A stretch of 63,845 nucleotides of DNA, the filler included, from Perkinsus chesapeaki ATCC PRA-425 (lineage: Eukaryota > Protista > Perkinsozoa), in NCBI GenBank assembly GCA_013115145.1. It is 10 parts of 10 records of this genome, joined end to end, with 100 filler letters (N's around TTAATTAATTAA, not from the genome) between each part and the next. Parts side by side here need not be neighbours in the genome. Positions count along the whole stretch, not along the records: positions 1 to 11,339 come from JAAPAO010000850.1; positions 11,440 to 29,432 come from JAAPAO010000675.1; 8 more parts are not named here. The stretch is one strand, 5' to 3'. Of the stretch, positions 1-11,954 are shown in pieces (within the stretch, counting starts at the first letter, position 1; each line of letters begins with the position of its first letter). A model generated the notes under the pieces. That model was not told the origin of the DNA. It did no database searches and was given only the letters and a program-made list of their open reading frames with translations. A program made the position numbers and the translations under genes.

Positions 1-243
1 ATTAGAAAGATTCATGCTGAATGATTAGCCTTAGATCGCTGTAGTCCATGCTCTTGCACGTCTGTCCTATTTTAGAGTTTGTTTTGCGCCAACTGGCTCG
101 TTTGGTTGAAGTGTTACATCACAGCTAAGACTCTTTTGAAAAGAGTCTTTTCATCTGAACCACCCCAATCTGAGCTTCTTTTCTTACCGATGGTAAACAG
201 AACTTTGCCGTTATTTGTCTCGCAGCTTAATCTGATCGCTTTA

Positions 244-666
244 ATGCCTTCCCCACTTCTGATAATCATATTCGTTCTCAGCACTGTGGCAAGGAGTGAT
301 GTCCGTCCCGGCTTCGACGGCCTCGCATATTGTAGGTATGTCCACTGGTATAACTACTACGAATTCCTATTCTTCGGCCGAGGATACGATGGCGTCCGAG
401 TGAGTATGATTGGCAGAAACGCTCGCACAATTGAAAAGAAGGATACATCCTACATTTTCAATAACGAAACTCATTATATGACTTTACAGAACCCTTCATT
501 TACTGAAGTCGGTTCCCCTTATTGGGATCCCAAATGGTGGACTAAGCTTATATATCATCAAGACGTTGACGGCTTTACTATTGGAGGATCTGATGGCGAT
601 AGATGGTTTAAACGTTGCGAGTTTCCCGGAAGCATCCGGGGTTATTTTAGCTCCTATCACTGGTAA
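244..666 (+). CDS. Hypothetical secreted protein (~140 aa)
   Basis: The first ATG in the 79..666 ORF is at 244. MPSPLLIIIFVLSTVARS looks like a signal peptide, followed by an aromatic-rich domain. No family recognised. Confidence 0.5.
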   Translation: MPSPLLIIIFVLSTVARSDVRPGFDGLAYCRYVHWYNYYEFLFFGRGYDGVRVSMIGRNARTIEKKDTSYIFNNETHYMTLQNPSFTEVGSPYWDPKWWTKLIYHQDVDGFTIGGSDGDRWFKRCEFPGSIRGYFSSYHW

Positions 667-1538
667 ACTCACTTCACACTTTGCCTCTATCCTATCACTA
701 TGCAACTTTGTAGTATCTCATAACTCTGTCTTGATCCGTTAAACATCACAATTTTTGTAGCTCTCGTTAGTTATAGCTGACCTTTGTGGTAGGTAAATGA
801 GCTTAGATTTTATATTATGAAGATGTTGGATGCAGCGTTCTATGAAGTGGTTCTACGCGTGCCATGATGTTGCTGTATGCCGAATCCAACTTGTTTTCTT
901 GCATTTTGTATCAACTGAGCACTTTGTACATAGAGTAGTTGGTTAGATAGACTAACTCTTTTCACCTTTCTATCCCTTCATTTTCATCCCCATTATCACT
1001 TAAGAAGATAGTCTTGAGTTACTATGAGATTAAACAGGAGCAACAGTGATCATGTTAGTATTCGGTGGTGTCATGCGCGACCATCACTGGTCAACTTTTT
1101 TGGTAATACGCGTATAAATACTCTCAGCTCTCTAAACACACCTGCATAGCTTCATCGTTTTATCTTAGCCAGAATCGAACAGAGTTTATGGAGGTACCAT
1201 TGGTACCGTACCACAATTTCCTGGGCACCTCCAGGGCAATTCCCATCCGATCACCGTGAGCTCGCCCAATGAAAAGGAAACAAGGAATCTAGAAAATAAG
1301 AGTAAAGTTTGCTCAACAAAAAGGTAGCTACTTCAAATGACGAACGCAACTCCATAGTGACTGAGGAAGGGCTTTCAGAAGTGAAGCCTCATAATCCTGA
1401 TCAGCTATACGACCTTCAGAATGATAGAAGCATACAAGAAGTTGATTGTATTGAAATATAGTTGGATTTGACTGATACGGTTCAACACATTCATGCAAGA
1501 ACGTGAAGCCAAAAAGTAGACATTACAAAAGTTTGGTA

Positions 1539-2423
1539 TTACTGATACGGTTCAATACCTTCATACAAAAACTTGACACTAACGTCCTCGGTGTAAACCT
1601 TATAGATATCACGCCAGTCTAAATGTACCCAGTGGGATGCACCCTGAACATTGTAGAAAACCAGCTGATTATTAGACTCTTTCGGGCATGGTAATCTCCA
1701 GAACCAAGTAAACCAACCGGTCCATACCTTCTCGTCCTGTGAAGAGCAGCCAAGTCTCTTAGCCCAACGATCAAAACTGTTCCATTTTTGAGGAAAGCTA
1801 CCGAAAAGGCTGACTCCGGACCATGGCACTATACCATCAACGCTACCGTGGAAGACAAGGAGAGACCTGTTAAAGGCCTGATTACCCTCTTTCATCTTCT
1901 CGTCGCACACATCGAGGCCTTTGTTACCACCAGGGCCAATGGTCAGGACACCGCTAGCGCTCACACCTCTCTGGACGACACCTTCGCACATGAGAACCTC
2001 TGTGAGCATACCACCGTTGGAGAAGCCATAACCATACACAGGAACATTCCCATGAACCTTTCGACGAGCTTCGATCGCCGATTTGATGTAGCTGATGTCG
2101 TCGTACTTTGGAAAGCAGCATCCACCAGCATTCCAGCTGCGTGATCCATCTATACCTATCGCTTGGGGCAGGATAATCTCATAACCGTACTTGTTGGCAT
2201 ACTTGCGGAAGTCGGTGTACCAAAGGAAAGTATCACTACTTTCGCCAAAGCCATGTAAAGTGAGCAATAGGGAAGTGATGGGGGTATTCTTCGGAGTGTA
2301 AACTCTATAGGCTCTCTCACCATCGGGGGTCTGTACACTTAGGACCTGTGTATCGATATCGGCGGATACAAACAGAACCCTGGTAGTCAGCAGAGCCAGA
2401 GGGAGGAGATCGAAGATCTTCAT
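1539..2423 (-). CDS. Secreted alpha/beta-hydrolase, LpqC / PHB-depolymerase-like esterase
   Basis: ATG at 2423, then a signal-like MKIFDLLPLALLTTRVLFVSA. Motifs LHGFG, WNAGGCC, nucleophile GFSNGG, FHGSVD (Asp) and GASH (His). Intronless. Confidence 0.8.
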   Translation of the reverse strand: MKIFDLLPLALLTTRVLFVSADIDTQVLSVQTPDGERAYRVYTPKNTPITSLLLTLHGFGESSDTFLWYTDFRKYANKYGYEIILPQAIGIDGSRSWNAGGCCFPKYDDISYIKSAIEARRKVHGNVPVYGYGFSNGGMLTEVLMCEGVVQRGVSASGVLTIGPGGNKGLDVCDEKMKEGNQAFNRSLLVFHGSVDGIVPWSGVSLFGSFPQKWNSFDRWAKRLGCSSQDEKVWTGWFTWFWRLPCPKESNNQLVFYNVQGASHWVHLDWRDIYKVYTEDVSVKFLYEGIEPYQ

Positions 2424-2881
2424 AACTAATAAAGTTTGAAAGCGAAATTCGGTCAAGTTCGGCTACGTGACATAGCTACGCCACGTACGTGCATTCTAAC
2501 TTATGTGTAGCGTCGCTGACGCCGCCACACCGCCAAAAATCTAGGAGGGCCACTATGAAGACGAACTAATTTGAAGCAGGGTGGCCTGTTTTTATATAAG
2601 ATACACGAAGTGTATCGAAGTGAAATCCGAACTAGTCCACCTCCCGGTCCACACGCATGCGCATTGTGGATGTCACGGGATGCAAGGACTCAGTGTCGGT
2701 GAATCAGCTGAGCTCTGGTCTGGCTTTTCTTGAGGGTCACACCGGAGCTGAGACGGAGCTCCTACCTTAACGGTCGAGAGCTCTGGCTCCGCTACTATCA
2801 GAAGAACTCGTGCCTTGTTCACCACGCTCACCACAAATGGCCTTCAGCGAGCCAATAGGCCACGCACACAAGCTTTCTGTG

Positions 2882-3157
2882 TCACAAAGTTGAAAATGTT
2901 GAAAATTTCAACATGCCTTCGACAGCAGTGGAATCGGTGTACATGATGAAACGCCAGTTCTCCTGAGCACAAGAGTTGGCTAATCCCATGGCTACAGCAT
3001 ACAACTCATACGCAACTATCTGATTCTCACGATGACTCTGCAAGCGTCGGTACCATGAAGGCACTTGGCCCGACGCGTACCACACGCGAAAACCGTCTGT
3101 CGCAGTTGCAACAGCAGCAACCGCACCCTCGCCTGTAGCATCAGCATACACCTCCAC
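2882..3157 (-). mobile_element. Retroelement RNase H fragment (DIRS/Ngaro-like)
   Basis: VYADATGEG...IVAYELYAV...MYTDS gives the D-E-D RNase H acidic triad. No intact RT nearby. Confidence 0.5.
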
Positions 3158-3244
3158 ATGATTCAGAGACTCTTTTCACTGGCAACCGCCGATATCATGG
3201 AGACGAGTAGCTAATGAGTCGATTAGCATTATTGTCTATTTATA

Positions 3245-5017
3245 TGTGACCTACTCCAGAAGTTTGGTGACCGTGGTTCAGTACCACTGGTACTGTACCA
3301 GTGGTACTGGTATTTGGGGTATACTATACTCCCTAAAGACCAGCCTCTTCACTGCATTGTTGATTCTAGTGATCTGGCATTGGGTGTCGTCATCTGCGAT
3401 GACAAAAATAATCCTTCAGATGAGTGCCGTCTACGAGCTATTGATGCTTCTACTAGCATTAAACATTCTCTCCACATAAATGTTGCTGAGCTGGATGCTA
3501 CTATATTTGGTCTTCAAAAATGTCAGTCTTTTGGTCATCGTCATGTGGACCTATACACAGATTCCAAAAGTGTTGCAGACTGGCTCCACATGTTATAAGA
3601 GAATCAGTGCATCCCCCACAGGGTATTCCGTTAGTATCTCGACTGAACCCCCTATCGAGCTTTCTCCTCCATTTGCTTTAGTTGCTGCCGGGCTGCAACT
3701 GGTGGGCGAGGAGGAGACGGAGTATACGGGTAGATTCTGGCCCTCGAAAGATGAATTGCTTGCTGTATATTCCTCAGTAACACGTCCCTTCATGGATAAG
3801 GGAGTTTATGGATCTGAGGGAATGCTCTACTGTATTATAAGAATCGTCTTTACTTGCCTGTCTTGTTTCGTAATGCTCTTATTCGTGGTATACACTGTTC
3901 CCATTTACATGCAGGTTCCGCTGAGGTTGAGAATGCTATAAAGCGAGGTTTGATTGGCCTGGCATGAGAGACGATGTCAGACATGTTATTTCCCAATGCT
4001 GTAATACAGTCCGTGAGAGAAATAAAGCTGTTACTCCCAAGCTTTCTGCCCCATCTCCACGACGCCTCTCTCACAAGCGTTGGTGGTGTGTGGCGGTTGA
4101 TGCCTTTAATGTTGAGGGTGTTCCAATCCTCTCTATCATTGATGAGTTTAGCAGATTTGCTCTGGTCCGCTTGCTGGCGGTTGAGAAGGCCGATGACGCT
4201 TATGAAGGTTTGGTCGGTTGCTTCGAATGTCCTCTACTTGGTTATCCAGCCTATGTTAGGTCTGATAGAGAGATATTTGTCAGCCTCCGTGAGCGCCTAC
4301 TTACTGGTGGCGTCGTTCTTATACTTACTTCTGGTTACAGGCCTACTGCTAATGCTGTGGTCGAGAGGCTACATCCAGGATGTAACATCCTACTATACGC
4401 TTGAGGCTATCGGTACTACAGCCTTCTGAGTCACTTTCTGTGAGACTCTCTCAACTTATTCGAGCATATAATAGTTCACCTCATTCAGCTCTAGAAGGAT
4501 CTTCTCCGGCAGAAGTGTTTCTAGGCATATGCCTAAGGGAGAAGTTTCATCTTCCAGTCCTAGTCCCTGATCCTGACGTTCCACCGGTCCGGTGCCACTC
4601 ACTGGCAGCCACTGGCACCGGACTCGCCGGCATTCGAGAAGGGCGACTTTGTCTGGCTGTTGAGACAGGTAGCTGAAGTTCAGCTGCTGAACGTCGTTCT
4701 GATACTAGATTTTATCCTCACCCTTACAAGGTTGTAGGATGTTCTCCATATGCTTATAAGCTATTAACAGTCGATGATGTTGGTACTACCAACTTGGTAG
4801 ATTGGTCTCTGCCACTGTAGCTAGACTGGTCCTTTGCAGAGAGCAACCTAACTCGAGTACGATAGCTGTTCCTAGGATTGTGTCTACTTCTGCTCCACCT
4901 CGTCACGTTCATGTTGATATAACTTCTTCTTCAGATGAGTCTGTTAGTAATCATGTTGTGATTCCTGTTGCTCAACCCTTACCGCGTAGGAATCGTCATC
5001 CTCCAGTTAGGTTTTAG
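3245..5017 (+). mobile_element. Decayed LTR retrotransposon pol (RNase H - integrase; Ty3/gypsy-like domain order)
   Basis: RNase H: CIVDSS, INVAELDA, LYTDSKS. Integrase Zn region: HLHAG...SQCC. DDE core: VAVDAF, RSDRE, ANAVVERLH. Tail RRNRHPPVRF. Broken by stops and frameshifts. Confidence 0.8.
3280..3309. other. hAT-type excision scar (extended by a fourth unit)
   Basis: AGTACCA+CTGGTACT+GTACCAG (word AGTACCAG), then TGGTAC again. 3279-3309 is a perfect 31-bp palindrome with a 1-nt centre. Confidence 0.75.
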
Positions 5018-5048
5018 CCTAGTGGAAACCCGCGCCAAGTTTCATTTG

Positions 5049-5358
5049 ATAGCGCCGCGCTATTAGCGCGGGTTATAGTATCTAGACTAGATAATCTAGT
5101 CTCCCTCATTTATTATTAGTATGTTCGGGCCGAACAGTTCGGCCATTTCAGGAGTCCCGAACAGGGGGGCGAGATATGCTAAGAACCGGGAAGGTATTCT
5201 TAGTATTGTATGTAGCTATGCGCTGTGCGGCATAGCTATGCAGCCTACACAGTTGCACGCATACACACTAAGGCTCTTCCTTACGCCTCTCCGTCAGCTT
5301 TGTGTTGGAGTGTATCTCTGACACGCAACACATCCACTCGTACGGTACGAGTCGTATC
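5049..5358. other. Cluster of hAT-type excision scars
   Basis: Exact scars at 5049-5070 (word ATAGCGCG) and 5079-5100 (TATCTAGT). One-mismatch scar at 5337-5358 (CTCGTACC). Confidence 0.75.
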
Positions 5359-5799
5359 CCCAAAATCGCAGCCTCGCCACTCGGACACAGTCTTTTTCGA
5401 CTTTTATCTCGCAGCCAACTATGCCACTGAGTCGAGCAAACGACTCAAACGAGCTCCACGCGAGATCAGATCTATATGCTGTATGGAAATCATCTAAATA
5501 ATTTTGACAAAATTATTTAGATGATTTCCATACAAAATTATTTTGTACAGGACACTCTAGTAATGTCCGCGATATATGACACAAAAGCATGCTCAAACAA
5601 AGATATGCAGTCACAGACGAGACAGCCCTGTATGGGAAGACGGCATTATAAAAGGTGTTATAGAGCAGCTAGTACCTGATATATGAAGTAGTTGTAGTTG
5701 CTTTGTTACTGCATTACTTGCTTAGCTAAATGTAGATGGCATAGGTTTTTGTGATTTCATTATATGCTGTCATAATATTGTTAATCTGCGAAGCTTTCA

Positions 5800-8640
5800 A
5801 ACCGAAACGCCGAGTATTCGCGGCGAAGCTACTGTTTTACTGATTTGCATAACAAATTGGAACACCCTGTAGATCAGTTCGATCTACCGCGAATTGGTTA
5901 ACTCTACAAACTTCCCAACAACCCACTTAGCGCAGCTTGCAATTGTAGATAATCAATCTCGTGCCATGGTAACGGAACCATTGAAGCCAATGTACTTTTA
6001 GGATTCCGCGAGGCCTCATCACTCACTTTGTTGCAAACTCATCTTATGTCTACTGAGTTTACTCTATACTTAGTACTGGCAACTATCGTGACCATCAATT
6101 GCATCACCTCAGATGATTCACCTGTGATGTTGATGTGGACTTTTGCAATACTTAGCCGCCGGTGAATTATCTAACATGCACGTTATATATGCATTTTGAC
6201 AACTCATATCTTCTCCTTTCAGTATCATACACAATACTGCAGATAACAATTCTAAAGTACACATGTTGCCCGACCTTAGCTCAAGTGTTTGTTTCCCCAA
6301 CTTTTCCACCACTATATTCCATAGAGTCTATGGCATAGACCATTTTCGTTTTCACAACGAACATTTAAACATTTAGCTTTCCACGGAAAACCTTTCACGT
6401 AATAACACCCACCAAAACCAGAAAGGCTGGCACCAGTCACTGAAAGAATCTCCTTTGGATACTGGACCAATTTCCTTGAGGACACTGGTTGTTGAATCCG
6501 CTGTATAGTTGTAGGACACTGTCCTACAACTCGACTGTGAGCAGTATATTATTGCAGGTCCGATGAGCAGTGCCAACGAACTGCGCGAATGACTCCCCTC
6601 GCATTTCCGAATACTTTTTTAACACAAGTCAATGATTGTTACCCATCGGCTACTCAAACATCATCATAATCATGCCTTGGTACAGGTAAGATAATTTACC
6701 CAAGGCAACTTGAGGGTATTATTAGCTCTAACAGCATAACAACCATTACCGTATTCAGTATTAGTTGTAGACCAACGACTCATGTAACTGACCAACAAGG
6801 ACAATGGTGACTTGGTGACAATTGCGGCGATATCTCAGAAACGTAGAGACTAAGGACATATCTTTGCGTCTGCGTGCAGTTTTAGGCATGCACATCATGG
6901 ATTGATGATCATATTAAGTCTTCCAGTTGTGTTACAAATGTCCGATCTTGGAACTAGGTCTAAGGGATGCGTAGTGATTGGTCAGGCTCCCTCATCATTG
7001 AATTAATATACAAACCGTTTGTTTCATAAAAAGTTGTTGTTGTATTGGGAATTTCTCGCGCAACGTTCTTTGGGCTCTGGCCGCCCGAACTACCAGCGGT
7101 AAGTCGCCCACTCACCTCGGGATACCCTCCATCTGCTCCTTCCATCGATGTTCAGTCGTACGATAATACGAATTAGATCGACGGAAATGTCGGGCGAGTT
7201 CAGTCGTTGCCTGAATATGGGTAAACCCTACACTCTATCATGCACTTGTCCATACATCAGAGAGGCCTCGAAAGATTTTATGGGAACTGGCCACAAGCAC
7301 AAGTATGAATCCATAGTCAAAGACTCAGGCGGATATATGAGGAAGCATTTAATAATTACATATTCATTTCAATTTCATTTATTCACGTTCATGTGAAATT
7401 GACACTACTTCATAGCAGTACTAACAGAGTAAATGATCGAAAGTCTCCATATAATACTGGAAAGCGCTATTGCAACGATAATAGAAGTGGCAACGTTCAA
7501 GTCTGTCTCGTGAGGAGAACGCTAACCTTGTTATCATCTAAGTTACCCTTGGGGTCATCCTCCTCCCCAGCCGTGTATCCTCTCTAACGTGGATACTTCT
7601 ATCCTCCATTTTGGCACCCCTCCGCACCCGACGACCCTCAGCAACGGAACCAACTAAAGTTGATTGATGCTGGTGGGGCCGAAGTGATGCTAATACCTGA
7701 TCGAACGTAGTGAGTGAGGAAGACCGAGCCTTCAGGTGGCATGCCGTAATTTCGTGGCGCGTGACTTTATATTAAACTCTTACATTTATTCCAAAGCATG
7801 GTTCCGTCAAAGCAGAATTGTGTTCTGGTAATCTTTCGAACCTGATCGATCCTTCATTCACCTCATGAAGACTATCAATACTTTAGCGAATCCACCGGCT
7901 TGAAGCCACGTCCAGCAAGCACACCTCCAACCAGATGCGGAGCACTACTATAGTGCTTATGTGACCGAAAGGGCTCGATGTTAGGGTTGCTCGTGTGGTG
8001 CCTGTTTTAGGTGTTTGAAAATTACAAAGTCATCGAATGCCTTGAATACCCTCTTTCGCATCCTATTGATCGATATACGGCTGTTGTAGTCGGTGTTCGA
8101 TAACAGTCCATGTAGCAAGACTTGTAGAGTGAATTTCAGTTCTACTCACCCTGAATTATTAGCAACAACAAATATGAAGAATGGCATTGGAAAATATAGG
8201 CGATGACAGCACTCAATAAGATTCAACATATTATAGCGAGATCGTAGTAAACGGCAGGAATGAACATGCATCGAGGCGTGAAAAGTGTATCGAGATTTGC
8301 AAGCTGACCAACTGGACCGGATTCCTCGGGCGAGGAAGATAGAATCCTATTTTGTATCACCAAACGGGCGAGCTTGTTCTTCTTCTTTCACACGTGCGGC
8401 GCGGAGTAGCAATAGGAGGTGAGATAATATTATAAATGGGCTGGAGAGGTCGGAACGATGGTCTCTGCATCCTTCCTTCCACAATGACTTGAAACTTTCA
8501 AGTCAAAACTACTATACATAAGTATGCCTGAGCCTATGGTAGTCAATGTCATCCGATATAGTTTGTTAAGCAGTTGGCAGCGGTTGCTGCTACTGCTGCT
8601 GGTGCAACGGGAAGATCTTCCTTAATATTTATCCCTCCGC
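5800..8640 (-). CDS. Possible multi-exon hypothetical gene (boundaries unresolved)
   Basis: Short open segments bounded by GT/AG, e.g. GLLSNTDYNSRISINRMRKRVFKAFDDF, VNEGSIRFERLPEHNSALTEPCFGIN and PRNYGMPPEGSVFLTHYVRS. No family recognised; no complete model could be built. Confidence 0.25.
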
Positions 8641-9074
8641 TCCATCTGTTTAATGTTAATTGACCACACAAATACTCGGTGGTCAAATAAAGAAAAATAC
8701 GTCCGTTTTCGGATTCTTTTGCTGATACTGAATTTAACTCCTTTCATACGATTCTAGGCAAAGAAGTCATCAACGCTCGGAGGAGGCGGACCCTGAAACG
8801 GGAAACACACAACTGGCTCTGCTGCAAGGTGAATGCACGAAATCTATGTATATACGGAAAATGGTGAAATACAGTATCTGCTGCTGGCTGCCTTTCCAAA
8901 TAACCTCGGAGGAGAGGTGTAAAACGCATGAATGGTTAATGGTCGGAGGATAGAAAACTTACCGAATGGCATCGTTGTCGTGAGAATTGAACGCGTTATT
9001 AACAGAAAGTATATACTAATAGTAAAACCTTCAAGGAAGAAATATGCGTAGTCTACGTTTTAATCTACGCAAAC

Positions 9075-10309
9075 CTATTCTCCCACATTTTCCCATACTA
9101 CTACATTATCCTTATTTCCAGCTCCACTTCCTCCGCCTACCCCCTCATCAACATCCATCGGTGTTAGTCTCCAACCATACAGTGCTGGTAGCACCTTACT
9201 TTTAATAACATTAATCATGTTATCCCATTTACTCACCGATTCAACAAGAACTTGCATCGCCTTCAGTTCACCTGGAGTCGCATCAAGTGTAATAGTCTGA
9301 GCTGTTTTCTGATAAAAACGTGCAACTAGAGACAATGCAGCAGACATCCACGTGCTTAGCCCTCAGGGATACATACAATTTTCGAAATGTCTCTGCGTTA
9401 TAAATATTCATATTAGTTTATTTCCAGCCCCCTTGAAGCAGTAGCTGTTATTGCCCCTTCATAGATCGATAAATGCACTGCAACATAAATCTAACGTATC
9501 TGGAACTATACTCACTGAATACAGGTCCACTTTGGCCCCATTATCTCATTCGGGTAGCAGCAAAAACATTCACCCTGCTGCCCGCCTATTCCCCTCTATT
9601 ACTGTGGCCGCTATGCGAACTGCTTGCCTGGTCTGCTCGGAATCACCACCCTCATAGGGAACAGTGACCGGGGTAAATGTCAAGGACTGCGCACCAGTCT
9701 TAGAGAAGGCACTTGGCTCTAAGAGGTTGAAGCATGCATTTAATACCCTCAAAAGATACTACTACTTATAGTGCCTCCTGTTGTTGGTGATAACGTTAGC
9801 ATCTCAGCTGCCTTTGCAGCATTGAGCGTAATTGCCAACATCGATTGCTTGTCGTATGCTGCAAGAGAACGATTCAAGTAATCGAAATAAACGACAATAG
9901 TCTTAGTCATTCGAGGATTAAAAACAACAATACCATCCAAAAGATTAATTCGCAAAATTCGTTAATATATTGCCATATAGTAAAATGCAGCCTCTCGCAG
10001 CCTATTCAATACTTTCGATACTGATTGACCATGCTATTACTTTTGCCCTGTCCAGGAGCTGCCTTGTTCATGAATACCCATGAGAGCTTCCCTTCAGTCT
10101 TAACCTTCAATTCGCCATTAATTTTTTGGATTACCGCCTGAAGGTAGTAAGTAAACCAGATATCTCACCCCCCTTACTGGTGTTGGTTTTAACATGACCA
10201 TAGCCTTCTCAGTAAAGATGGTGAATGGTGCTGGTTGAACTGCACCATAGGAGGCAGCAGCAGCTGCCGAAGATACCTCATTCAGGTGTTGAAGGCAATT
10301 ACGTAACAT
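9075..10309 (-). CDS. Whirly-like ssDNA/RNA-binding protein (multi-exon)
   Basis: Phase-consistent splicing gives MLRNCLQH...FTIFTEKAMVMLKPTP|AVIQKINGELKVKTEGKLSWVFMNKAAPGQGK|TYDKQSMLAITLNAAKAAEMLTL...|...QSLTFTP...RIAAT|KTAQTITLDATPGELKAMQVLVES|VLPALYGW. This is colinear with plant Whirly motifs (SIYKGKAAL, QYDW..KQ.FSLS, KAEF...MP.LLGW). The stop may be at 9075 or, with one more intron, at 9060. Confidence 0.6.
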
Positions 10310-11170
10310 AATGCGGAGACTTAACTGAAAAAGTACGAGTGATGACAATTTTTTGTACTGGACGAGCGAGACGGACTTGTAATTGAGTTTCGTGGCGCGC
10401 AAGAATTTTCCTTCTGTTCATTTGCAACGTGGCGTGTGCTCTACCAGTCTTAATTTCAATTTGTATGAGTCCATTACAGAATTAGCAGCCACCGAGCCAC
10501 AAGTCAGCACCTGAAGTGAGCCATTTAAGGAGCGGTGAGGAATGGCTTACCGATAACGCCAGCCCATCCATAACCACCAATCTTCAGTATTAATAGGAGT
10601 TCGTCATGTTAATTTCTGTCGTGGATTTTTGATGGTTATCAACAATTATCTTGTTCTTCCATTTCAATATATATTTCATCCTTATAATAACCGTATCGGC
10701 ATCGATTTCATAGTTCTTGAACTACTTGTACCCTTCCATCACTCTGTCTGTGTTTTACATTACTGTCTGATTTGACTCCTTGTCTATGCTCTTTTTGGCG
10801 TGTTCAGCAGCTTGACCAATTCATTATCATTGTCCTATGTCCGACCAAGCTGAGCCTACTAAGCCATCGAATGATGAGTCAGTTTGCATTTCTAATGCAG
10901 ACTTGAACTCAATTGTTATTGATCCAAAGGAGATGCCTCCCACACCGGTACGACGGCGATGGCGGCCATGTTACTCGTTCTGTGTCATTTGTCTCCTTTT
11001 CAGAGTGATGTGAAAAGAACGTCAAATCGAGCTAATGAGAATTCTCGTCGTGAGTTTGTCGGCTGTATATAATATTATCTGTATCTTTAGGATTGAAGAA
11101 AACAAAGACCCGATGGTGGCATGACCATATGAGCGAGAATGCTTACCTGGGTAAGTGGGGTTACAAAATA

Positions 11171-11339
11171 ATAAATGTAATGAGGAAGTGGAGGCATAAA
11201 AATGATGTATAAATGTAATGAGAAAGTGGAGGCATAAAAATAATATATAAATGTAATGAGGAAGTAGAGGCATAAAAATAATATATAAATGTAATGAGGA
11301 AGTGGAGGCATAAAAATAATATATAAATGTAATGAGGAA
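11171..11339. repeat. 38-bp tandem repeat (~4.5 copies, runs into gap)
   Basis: Unit ATAAATGTAATGAGGAAGTGGAGGCATAAAAATAATAT starting at 11171, 11209 and 11247. Confidence 0.95.
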
Positions 11340-11439
11340 NNNNNNNNNNNNNNNNNNNNNNNNNNNNNNNNNNNNNNNNNNNNTTAATTAATTAANNNNN
11401 NNNNNNNNNNNNNNNNNNNNNNNNNNNNNNNNNNNNNNN
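11340..11439. other. Artificial contig spacer (first of nine)
   Basis: 44 N + TTAATTAATTAA + 44 N. Linkers start at 11384, 29477, 42382, 44799, 46328, 51976, 56013, 58559 and 62377. Plain N gaps lie at 34374-34470 and 62086-62180. Confidence 0.98.
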
Positions 11440-11954
11440 TATAATTAATTCTACTGATGCTATTACATTTTCTAATATTGGATATATACTTTCCGGTATT
11501 ATATTATTATTACCATCATCATATACAACCATATCATTATTATTAACCACCATAATACTACCATTGTCATTAACCTCTTCATCATTATCACCACTATAAT
11601 TAGGTTCAATTCTTCTCGTTGTTAATGTAGTAATATTATTCTCACTTGTTGTTGTTCTGTTATTTAAATCTACAAATTACATTACAATAATTAGTAATAT
11701 TATTATTACATTGATTATTATTTATCATTGATGGTGGCGGTGGTAGTAAGGCTCCTCCCCTTAATGCTGCTGCTGCTTCTGATGATGATGATGATGATAT
11801 AATACTATTATATCGTGCTGTTCCTATTATAATTAATTATACCAATATTTATATTATTATTACTACCTTCACCAGCTCCTTCTACGCCCTGAATATGTAA
11901 TAAATCAAGTAATATATTATTATTATTGTATGATGATAATGGCGTATTAATCAT
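11440..11954 (-). CDS. TBP: Second TBP copy, 5' part only (cut by contig edge), with a different intron-containing N-terminus
   Basis: 11440-11596 is near-identical to ~12904-13060. Model: ATG 11954, introns 11866-11824 (43 nt) and 11709-11670 (40 nt), both phase-consistent, reading into ...PESIYPILENVIASVELII. Confidence 0.65.

Noticed and set aside
11384-11395. TTAATTAATTAA repeated nine times as a possible biological motif
   Set aside because: It is always centred in exactly 44+44 N and has stops in all six frames. It is an assembly linker.
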